53,602 nt of DNA from a virus (lineage: Duplodnaviria; Caudoviricetes): positions 1 through 53,602 of the IMG/VR virus record IMGVR_UViG_3300042923_001154; one strand, 5' to 3'. The notes below the pieces were generated by a model. That model was not told the origin of the DNA. It ran no database searches and saw nothing but the letters and a program-made list of their open reading frames with translations. Position numbers and translations under genes: made by a program. Within the stretch, counting starts at the first letter, position 1; each line of letters starts with the position of its first letter. This document shows positions 46,264-53,602 of the stretch, one piece after another.

Positions 46264-47685
46264 ATGATAAAAAGCAATGAAGTACAAGAGATGGTAGCTT
46301 TTATTGAATCGTTCCAATTACAAGAAAGTGGTGTATCTGAAAAAATCTGTGTCAATAGATTAACGTATGATATTAACGAGAGTTTCTTACGACAGAGAGC
46401 TGCTGAAGTCATAGAGGAATATCAAGAGAGTGCAGAAGCACAAGAAGCATTTAGAAAACTAGCTACATTATGCAATGAAAGTGTAAGACTGTGTGAACAG
46501 TGCCCTGTTAAGAAATACTGTAACACACACATTAAAGAAGTACGTGAAAAAGTAAATGAAGAGTCATTGACAATGGTAGACTTGTTCTGCGGAGCAGGTG
46601 GCCTTTCACTCGGGTTTACACAGGAAGGCTTTATAACTAGTTTGGCTAATGATATCCAAGAGTGTTGTGTAGACACTTATGCACATAACCATCCAGAAAC
46701 ACCAAGAGATCATATTGTATTGGGCGATATAAAGCAAGTTGTTGATGGTATTGAAGATTATCTTCGTTACAAAAGTGTTGATATAGTTGTTGGAGGACCA
46801 CCATGTCAAGGATTTAGTATGGCAAATCGGCAAAGATTAATTGATGATCCAAGAAATCAATTATATAAAAATTTTGTTCAAGTTGTACAAAAAGTGAATC
46901 CACCATTCTTTGTTATGGAAAATGTAAAAGGAATGTTATCTGTAGTAGACCAGGTCATTGAGGATTTTGAGAACATCGGGTATAATGTGAAAGCACATAT
47001 TCTTAATGCAAGAAACTTCGGTGTTCCGCAGAATCGCGAAAGATTGATTTATATTGGAAACCGAATTGGTGTAGATAATGAAATGATATTTCAAGAAATA
47101 ATTGATTATGGTAATACTATTCCAGATATGAATTTGGAAGATGCATTATATGGATTGCGTGAATTACATGCTTCAAGAATTAAGAATTCTACAAATCTTG
47201 ATACCGAAGAATCCGGAAGACTGATAGAGGCCAGCAGAAACCAGGTAAGAAATTCATATCTAAATTTAATAAATCAAGGGTGTTCTTATCCTGCGGTGTG
47301 CAACCACAAGGCTAGATATAATAATGATAGAGATATAGAAATCTTTGGTAGAATGAATCCAGGTGACAAATCTGATGATCCCAAAATTGCAGATATAATG
47401 CCTTATGCAAGTAGAAATGATATTTTTAAGGATAAGTATTTCAAACTTGAGCCGGATAAAGTATGTAAGACAATTACAGCACATATGAAGTTCGATTGTA
47501 ACATGTATATCCATCCTTGGCAGGCAAGAGGATTAACACCTAGAGAGGCAGCAAGAGTTCAGTCATATCCTGATGATTATTTCTTCAGAGGGGCATATAC
47601 GAAAACTTATATGCAGATTGGTAATAGTGTTCCGCCTTTGTTAGGTAGGGCAATTGCAAAGGCTGTAAAAAAATATTTGAGATAA
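46264..47685 (+). CDS. DNA (cytosine-5) methyltransferase 2 with N-terminal extension
   Basis: LFCGAGG, GGPPCQGFS, ENV, PQNRER, QIGNSVPP; N-terminal C-x6-CxxC-x5-C. Confidence 0.95.
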   Translation: MIKSNEVQEMVAFIESFQLQESGVSEKICVNRLTYDINESFLRQRAAEVIEEYQESAEAQEAFRKLATLCNESVRLCEQCPVKKYCNTHIKEVREKVNEESLTMVDLFCGAGGLSLGFTQEGFITSLANDIQECCVDTYAHNHPETPRDHIVLGDIKQVVDGIEDYLRYKSVDIVVGGPPCQGFSMANRQRLIDDPRNQLYKNFVQVVQKVNPPFFVMENVKGMLSVVDQVIEDFENIGYNVKAHILNARNFGVPQNRERLIYIGNRIGVDNEMIFQEIIDYGNTIPDMNLEDALYGLRELHASRIKNSTNLDTEESGRLIEASRNQVRNSYLNLINQGCSYPAVCNHKARYNNDRDIEIFGRMNPGDKSDDPKIADIMPYASRNDIFKDKYFKLEPDKVCKTITAHMKFDCNMYIHPWQARGLTPREAARVQSYPDDYFFRGAYTKTYMQIGNSVPPLLGRAIAKAVKKYLR

Positions 47686-47686
47686 T

Positions 47687-47726
47687 AAAAGCTGGCAGAT
47701 TACAAGAATCTGCCAGCTACTTTTTT
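47687..47726. terminator. Bidirectional terminator
   Basis: AGCTGGCAGATT-N5-AATCTGCCAGCT between convergent genes. Confidence 0.8.
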
Positions 47727-48906
47727 AGTAGAATGATTTCAAAAGATCTTCTGTAAGAGGAGTGCCATTGTTCGTTTTATCAAGTCCGCTTTGAATCAGA
47801 AGAGATGAACGTTCAGCGAAGAGTTTCGCTAGAAGCATATCTACATCGGACTTCTTTCCGTGGTGTAATTTCCTGTGACACAAAGGACATACAGGAACCA
47901 GGTTCGCTTTAGTATCTAGCTTGTTGATAAAGTTTGACTGCTGACCAACAGGGATCAAGTGATGGATTTCCATATATGGCGTATTATCTGGTTTCATAAA
48001 TGTATGGTGGGGATCAGTATCTGATGCGAAAATACATTTGAAGCCATTGTGTTTAATAGCGCTCTTACCTAATCTTGGGTTAGTAGAAGGTCTATTAGAG
48101 GATATCGCTTTGCCGTCAGAATTACCTTCATATTTTTCAGCAGTGTATACACCATCATCGTCATCTGCTTCAGCGTTATCCACTAACTCTTGATATATAG
48201 AATCTTCAATGTCATCTGCCTTATCAATCATTAATCCTACTCCAATTGATTCACTTATTTCTTTAAGTGCTGTTTTAACAGAAACATTACCTTGACCTTC
48301 AATATGTTTTAAATGATTTGTTGGAATATAATATTTACTGGTATAAAATTCAGAGGGAATTCCAAGTGCAAAAAGACGATATCCATTATTGCCGGGTGTA
48401 GCATATTTCAAGAAAATTAGCAAATCATCTACGTAGAGATTATTACGAAGCTTCATAAAATCTGCTCCATCTTGAGATGTCTTACTTACTTGTACTTGAG
48501 GGTTTTCATTTTGGCGATATGCAACTTTTGTAAGGGTAGAAGACGTTTTAATATCTAATCCAGCAAAAGTCTGTGAGTTATCAATTAAATCGTTAATATT
48601 TGATATGGATACATCAACATGAACTCGCCTGTCTGACGAATTTGACTGATTCTGGATTTCAGCTTCGCTATAAAAGAAATAACGATTATCTCCTGTAACA
48701 TGAATGTGTGTTTGTTTTCCCGTGCTGCCAGAAATTTTGTTTTTTAGAACAACGCATGAGTTTGATAAAGGTTGAACAAGTGCAGCAGAAAAATTTTTGC
48801 TTGTAAATAATGTAAGGGCTTCATTGTAGGTATCTGGACCTAATGTTTGACTGTAGTCTAAGATAAGATTAAGAATGTTCTTTTGTGTAAGTGCAATTTT
48901 TTCCAT
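47725..48906 (-). CDS. HNH endonuclease (probable cognate restriction enzyme)
   Basis: YMEIHHLIP...NLVPVCPLCHRKLHHG; GGAGG RBS favours start at 48906. Confidence 0.85.
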   Translation of the reverse strand: MEKIALTQKNILNLILDYSQTLGPDTYNEALTLFTSKNFSAALVQPLSNSCVVLKNKISGSTGKQTHIHVTGDNRYFFYSEAEIQNQSNSSDRRVHVDVSISNINDLIDNSQTFAGLDIKTSSTLTKVAYRQNENPQVQVSKTSQDGADFMKLRNNLYVDDLLIFLKYATPGNNGYRLFALGIPSEFYTSKYYIPTNHLKHIEGQGNVSVKTALKEISESIGVGLMIDKADDIEDSIYQELVDNAEADDDDGVYTAEKYEGNSDGKAISSNRPSTNPRLGKSAIKHNGFKCIFASDTDPHHTFMKPDNTPYMEIHHLIPVGQQSNFINKLDTKANLVPVCPLCHRKLHHGKKSDVDMLLAKLFAERSSLLIQSGLDKTNNGTPLTEDLLKSFY

Positions 48907-48936
48907 GAATTTATCCTCCATATAATATGATTTTGT

Positions 48937-49013
48937 TACTGATTTTTATATACTGATTAACAGGATTAAAAAATCAGTACTTGTTATCCATAATATACCA
49001 CTTGGTACTGATT
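48937..49013. repeat. Four TACTGATT boxes upstream of the HNH gene
   Basis: 48937, 48951 and 49006 direct; 48972 inverted. Confidence 0.55.
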
Positions 49014-49148
49014 TTGTATATAGAAAAATCAAGGAAATATGCAATTCATCATTTTGCATAAAAATGGATTAACTAAATGTACATAATGTACAAAAGCTAT
49101 TAAGACCTAGTTTATATGTTAAGATATAAATATAAGACATGTAAAATA

Positions 49149-49197
49149 TTGACAAGTATACCGTGTAATGATACAATGTAAGCACGAAAGCTTACAT
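49149..49197 (+). promoter_or_regulatory. Sigma-A promoter plus palindromic operator
   Basis: TTGACA-17-TACAAT with extended TG; ATGTAAGC-N6-GCTTACAT over the start site. Confidence 0.7.
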
Positions 49198-49223
49198 ATT
49201 ATGGTAAAGGTGGATTGGAATAC

Positions 49224-49616
49224 ATGATGACTAAATTGATTTCCAACGAATGTTATGATTCGTTTGGAGAGTATATTAAGGCACGCAGAGAAGTGCTAGG
49301 AAAGTCCATTCGTGGGCTTGCTCAAGAACTAGGTATGACACCGGTTTATCTAAGTGATATTGAAAAAGGGAATCGTTATGCACCTGAAAAGTATCTTGGA
49401 AGAATGATTGAGGTGCTAAAGATATCGAGAGATGACATTAATTGCTTCTATGAACTAGCTGGAAAAAGCAGAAATGATAACTTCCCTGATTTAACAGATT
49501 ATATAGGAAAAATGGACATAGTTCGCATTGCTCTGCGCACAGCTCGTGACCTTAATATCTCCAATTCACAGTGGCAGGATTTCATTGACGAAATTAGTGG
49601 TACGAAGAAAATATAG
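49224..49616 (+). CDS. XRE-family HTH regulator
   Basis: FGEYIKARR...SIRGLAQELGMTPVYLSDIEKGNRYAP. Confidence 0.88.
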   Translation: MMTKLISNECYDSFGEYIKARREVLGKSIRGLAQELGMTPVYLSDIEKGNRYAPEKYLGRMIEVLKISRDDINCFYELAGKSRNDNFPDLTDYIGKMDIVRIALRTARDLNISNSQWQDFIDEISGTKKI

Positions 49617-49694
49617 GACTAGGGATGCCATTGAATTAACAACAATGACTATCTTATCAACTAAATACCATACAGAGACCAAGGAGGTAGTGTT

Positions 49695-51557
49695 TTGGCA
49701 GGTAATCGTTCATTTACAGATTATGTGGCAGAAAGATTTGAAAATGAGTTGTTTGATGCCATACAAAGTTACACTGCAGATAATTATGTTAGTTTAGATT
49801 TACAGCTATATAAAATTCGAAACATTGGTGGCATAGAATTGTCAGAAATAAAAGTTAAAACTGTATCTATTAATGATATGTCTGATATGAAAATAGAATT
49901 CGATGTTGCTGTAGAAGCTGAATTAGAAGTCCGAGAGTCAGATTATCATTATGATGAGACGGAAAACTGTCCCCAGTGGTTTATGCTAAAATGCTCCGGA
50001 GATTTAGATTGCAATTTAGATGACTTTATAATCTCAAGTATTACCGAGTATTCCAGTAAAAATAAGCAGCCAAAACCTATGTCAGACTCTCTTGTTCCTA
50101 TTATTTATAAGGAACAACTAGAAACGGTTGCTAAAGACTTCCTACGCAGACATTATCCAGAAGTATTAATAACCCCAATGGCAGTTGAACCTCAAGTGTT
50201 GGTAGAAAAAATGGGTCTAACTATAGAAATGAGAGAGATTACTAAAGATTTCTCTGTATTTGGACAAATATACTTTCATGGTTGTGATGCAGAGTTTTAT
50301 GATAAAGTCAGCGATAAAATGGTACAGACTCAAGTGGATGCACGTACTATCATAGTAGATCCTAAAGCATATTTCCTTCGCAATCTCGGATCAGTTAATA
50401 ATACAATTGTTCATGAATGCGTACATTGGGATTTACATAGAAAAGCATTTGAACTAGAACGATTATATAATAGTAATGCAACACAAATAAAATGCCAGGT
50501 AGTTGGTGGTATTAAAGACAACGAAAGAGATGCAACCGGATGGATGGAATGGCAGGCAAATGCTCTTACTCCCAAGATCCAAATGCCTGCAGAACCGTTC
50601 AAGGCAAAGGCGAAGCAATATATAGCGAGATTTATGCGTGAAACCAATGCCAGCCATACTATTGAGGTTATGGAACAGGTCATCACAGCATTGGAGACTG
50701 CATTTGGAGTATCCAGGCAGGCCACGAAGATTCGACTTGTGGAACTTGGATTCGATGAGGCAATCGGAACATACACATATCTGGACGGACACTATATAAA
50801 ACCTCACGGATTCCGCAAAGGGTCTATAAAGCTCAATCAGACATTCTCCCTATCTGCCCAGGATGCAGCAATCGAACGTTTCATTAACTTGGAACTTCGT
50901 GCTTTAACTGACAGCGGTGACTATCTGTTTATTGATAATCACTACGTATATAATGCTCCACTTTATGTTCAGCCAGGCGAAAACGGTAAGCTTGATCTAA
51001 CCGATTATGCTCGCTCTCACATGGACGAATGTGGCCTTGTATTTGACATGACGGTTACTAGCAAGGTTGCATACCAATACCATACGGAGTGTTTTTTGAA
51101 CCGTGAGCCGAGTGATATCACATTCGAAATTAAATATCATAACGGTTATCAAAATGCTCCACAGGAGCGTCAGGTAGCTATGAGGAAAAAGCAACAGGAA
51201 GAGGCTTTGGAAATCCGTAGACAGATGACAGATGATCCAGAACAATGTATGGAGCTGCTTTTGAAGTGGCGGAATATGAATTATACCGATCTCGGTTTTG
51301 AAATCGACCGTGATCCGAAAACAATAAGCCGAACTGTAAAGGGTGAAACGACCCCGAAGGTGGAAACGGCGGCTCTTATCTGCTTTGGACTCAGCCTTCC
51401 TCCTGTAATTAGCGAGAAACTAATGGCTGTCTTGCAGTGTCCACTGAAACCGATGAATCCGAATCACCAATGGATCAATGAGGCTCTTCACATTAAATAT
51501 CCGGAGCCGTTATGGGCAGTTAAAGAGTATCTTGCACAATACGGAGTAGAAATTTAG
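49695..51557 (+). CDS. ImmA/IrrE-family metallopeptidase with C-terminal HTH
   Basis: TIVHECVH (HExxH), EWQAN, FGVSRQA..IRL; C-terminal YTDLG...KTISR. Confidence 0.85.
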   Translation: MAGNRSFTDYVAERFENELFDAIQSYTADNYVSLDLQLYKIRNIGGIELSEIKVKTVSINDMSDMKIEFDVAVEAELEVRESDYHYDETENCPQWFMLKCSGDLDCNLDDFIISSITEYSSKNKQPKPMSDSLVPIIYKEQLETVAKDFLRRHYPEVLITPMAVEPQVLVEKMGLTIEMREITKDFSVFGQIYFHGCDAEFYDKVSDKMVQTQVDARTIIVDPKAYFLRNLGSVNNTIVHECVHWDLHRKAFELERLYNSNATQIKCQVVGGIKDNERDATGWMEWQANALTPKIQMPAEPFKAKAKQYIARFMRETNASHTIEVMEQVITALETAFGVSRQATKIRLVELGFDEAIGTYTYLDGHYIKPHGFRKGSIKLNQTFSLSAQDAAIERFINLELRALTDSGDYLFIDNHYVYNAPLYVQPGENGKLDLTDYARSHMDECGLVFDMTVTSKVAYQYHTECFLNREPSDITFEIKYHNGYQNAPQERQVAMRKKQQEEALEIRRQMTDDPEQCMELLLKWRNMNYTDLGFEIDRDPKTISRTVKGETTPKVETAALICFGLSLPPVISEKLMAVLQCPLKPMNPNHQWINEALHIKYPEPLWAVKEYLAQYGVEI

Positions 51558-51609
51558 ATAATTTATAAGAATAAACGGACATGACTTGTCCGGTCAAATC
51601 AGAATCTTT

Positions 51610-51641
51610 AGGCCTATGCTATTGTTGCATGGGTCTTTTTT
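51610..51641 (+). terminator. Intrinsic terminator
   Basis: AGGCCTATGC...GCATGGGTCT-TTTTT. Confidence 0.6.
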
Positions 51642-51672
51642 GTAGGTTCAAAAATATCTGTAAATATTGTGT

Positions 51673-51711
51673 ATTTGAACCATTGACAACCTATGGTTCA
51701 AATGGTAAAAT
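51673..51711 (+). promoter_or_regulatory. Promoter overlapped by an 11-bp inverted repeat
   Basis: ATTTGAACCAT-N9-ATGGTTCAAAT; TTGACA(51683)-17-TAAAAT(51706). Confidence 0.72.
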
Positions 51712-51744
51712 AATGTTAAAGAAATTTGAACGGAGGTAGTATAT

Positions 51745-52692
51745 ATGTCACGTCAATATGACGAATCAATACAAGGAAAATTTGATTATAACGGAGAGCT
51801 GTATTCTCTTGTTGAAGATATTAATTCTCTGGAGGACGTAGTTGAAGCCATGCGTATTAGGGAAGTCCTTGTTCAGTGCGAAAATAATTTCGAACCTGAC
51901 AGTGGACATCCTTGTTTTTGGATGCTCCGTCAGCAGGAGGAATACATTAAAGAATATCTTGAAAAATTCGGTGACTTTGATAAGACTATCCTCCTTAATA
52001 ACATCGCATTCCTTTTGAAAAAATACGATATGCGTATGGGTGAGCTGGAGCAGCTTCTAAATATCAGCAGTGGCTATATTTCGCGAACGGCTAAACCTAG
52101 TTCCGATAAGAGACTTAGTATCGATGTTGTTTGGAAGATAGCCAAAATCTTTGATATTAGCCTATCTGACTTGCTTGAAAATGAATTGTCCATTCCAAAG
52201 AGTAACACTGATATGGTAGCGAAGTTCCTCATAAAATTGTGTGAGCAGACAAAGGAAAACATTATCGAGTGGGAGTCTGAAGGTGGGGTTATGATAGTAC
52301 TCAATGATAAATATAGCGAAATGGGACTTATATCTGAAGAGAACGATGATAAAGTGGTATATCATCCACAGCACTTAAACCCAGACTACAAATGGATTCT
52401 AGCTGATGATATCTTTGTTTGCAAAAATATTGACGCAAAGAAAGGATTAGCTATCATTCCATACACGGACGCTGAAAAGGGAAAATATCAGGGTTATGAC
52501 TTTATATTCGTTTGGTCTGATGAAGACGGCCATCATTGGGAGAAGGCATTCTACACCTCTGATGACCCGCTTGGAACCCTAATAAAACACGCTGCCCACC
52601 TGTATAAGAGTATTCAGGAGACGGAACTCGATGCAAAGGTTACACCAACGGTTCGAAGTCTCATTACCGACTACCTGAAGGGAGGGTTTTAA
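51745..52692 (+). CDS. Protein with central XRE HTH domain
   Basis: MGELEQLLNISSGYISR...SIDVVWKIAKIFDISLSDL. Confidence 0.8.
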   Translation: MSRQYDESIQGKFDYNGELYSLVEDINSLEDVVEAMRIREVLVQCENNFEPDSGHPCFWMLRQQEEYIKEYLEKFGDFDKTILLNNIAFLLKKYDMRMGELEQLLNISSGYISRTAKPSSDKRLSIDVVWKIAKIFDISLSDLLENELSIPKSNTDMVAKFLIKLCEQTKENIIEWESEGGVMIVLNDKYSEMGLISEENDDKVVYHPQHLNPDYKWILADDIFVCKNIDAKKGLAIIPYTDAEKGKYQGYDFIFVWSDEDGHHWEKAFYTSDDPLGTLIKHAAHLYKSIQETELDAKVTPTVRSLITDYLKGGF

Positions 52693-52875
52693 ATGGTAAA
52701 ACGCCCTATCCTTTGTTTTAGTAACGAGAAACCAACACCGCAAAGAGTATTCGATGTTGTGGTCGAAGGAAATAAAATCGATTTGGAAATCAAAAGCGAT
52801 AAGAAGAAAATAATAAAAATTCCCTGGAACGAAGTGGTGTCCCAGGTTGAAGCTGCAAAAGCAGCAAGTAATTAA
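52693..52875 (+). CDS. Small hypothetical protein
   Basis: GGAGG RBS; abuts the upstream stop codon. Confidence 0.65.
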   Translation: MVKRPILCFSNEKPTPQRVFDVVVEGNKIDLEIKSDKKKIIKIPWNEVVSQVEAAKAASN

Positions 52876-52921
52876 ACAGAAGCTACCGCAATCTGCCCCG
52901 TAACCAATCGAGGAGCAAACC

Positions 52922-52976
52922 GCCGGAGTTATCTATGAAAGCCGTTAAAGGCTAAATAGGTAACTCCGGCTTTTTT
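52922..52976 (+). terminator. Long-stem intrinsic terminator
   Basis: GCCGGAGTTATCTAT...ATAGGTAACTCCGGC-TTTTTT. Confidence 0.75.
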
Positions 52977-53084
52977 ATTTTTCACGGATTTTGAACGGAC
53001 ATTACATGTCCATTTTCAATAAAAATTCCGTGCTAGATTATAGATAGTAAGGCATGTACAGCCTTGCGAATATATTAAATCTCA

Positions 53085-53270
53085 ATGTCCGAGATGCGCA
53101 TCAGGACGGAGGGATGCATAAGAGTTCAGAACACAGTGATAAAGACTGTGTTTGGAATGAAGATGCACCCACCGTGATTTCGTGCACTCATTTTTAGGCA
53201 AGCGGAGTCTGTGGTCATCTTCACCATAGGCTCTTTTTGTGTCCCACCGTCAAGCCACGGACGGAAAGGA
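53085..53270 (+). ncRNA. Candidate structured cis-regulatory leader RNA
   Basis: Nested complementary segments: 53105-53124/53231-53251, AACACAGT/ACTGTGTT, TGAAGATG/CATCTTCA. Confidence 0.5.
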
Positions 53271-53276
53271 CAATCA

Positions 53277-53602
53277 ATGAAAAAAGAAACACAGGAAATC
53301 AGAGTAAACGAAGTAAAAGTAGATGAGGTATTAATCCCAATGATTATTGATAGGGATTCTATTGAAGAACATGGGATTATTGCAGGTGTAAAGAAATCTC
53401 AAATAAGAAAATGGAGAGTAGGTAATAGGTTAGTAGATGTGGTACTAATTCCAGGCACTAAGGCACAGTATGATGCCGTAATGAGCTCTTATTCAGCAGA
53501 GTTTAAAGCTGAAGATCGTGATAAACGTTGTGAGATAAGTAATGGGAACGGTAAACTGATTCGCTGTCCAGAAACAAATAAGTGCAGTCATTGCCCATAT
53601 GC
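53277..53602 (+). CDS. Partial CDS running off the window, Cys-cluster protein (possibly sigma70-region-4-type regulator of mobile elements)
   Basis: AAAGGA RBS; MKKETQEIRV...RCEISNGNGKLIRCPETNKCSHCPY; open to the window end. Confidence 0.6.
   Translation, partial: MKKETQEIRVNEVKVDEVLIPMIIDRDSIEEHGIIAGVKKSQIRKWRVGNRLVDVVLIPGTKAQYDAVMSSYSAEFKAEDRDKRCEISNGNGKLIRCPETNKCSHCPY

Larger units (their letters stand above)
41900..53602. mobile_element. Left part of a second genomic island (ICE/IME-like or prophage-like) at the rlmD 3' end, carrying defence genes
   Basis: Restriction-modification cargo and XRE/ImmA regulators directly after rlmD; no recombinase or far boundary is visible in the window, so the left edge is approximate. 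Confidence 0.65.

Noticed and set aside
49528-49797. 89-aa ORF bridging the XRE and ImmA genes
   Set aside because: It overlaps both real genes in another frame and has no RBS.

Overview
Low-GC Firmicutes-type DNA (Clostridia/Lachnospiraceae-like by gene content; inference) with two mobile elements stacked at the 3' end of rlmD/rumA. (1) An apparently complete ~41.5 kb prophage (about 293-41758) inserted inside rlmD by a large serine integrase. Both junctions share the core AAGAT, and the phage supplies a synonymously recoded replacement for the catalytic C-terminus of RlmD. It has a lambda-like head and a P2-like contractile tail. Unusually, it carries a tubulin/FtsZ-family gene (TubZ-like) preceded by a small winged-helix gene (TubR-like) and a strictly 10-bp-periodic AAT array (centromere-like), all directly upstream of the replication initiator. 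It also carries a tRNA-Ile with the rare UAU anticodon, two LexA-box promoters, two candidate short antisense RNAs, and a run of accessory genes (PAPS reductase, radical SAM and others) separated by a repeated 13-bp boundary motif. (2) From about 41.9 kb to the window end, the left part of a second island: Mrr, a PD-(D/E)XK nuclease with a Zn ribbon, two C5 methyltransferases with a convergent HNH nuclease, XRE/ImmA-IrrE regulators, and a structured leader before a truncated gene. All protein calls come from motif recognition and gene context; no searches were run.
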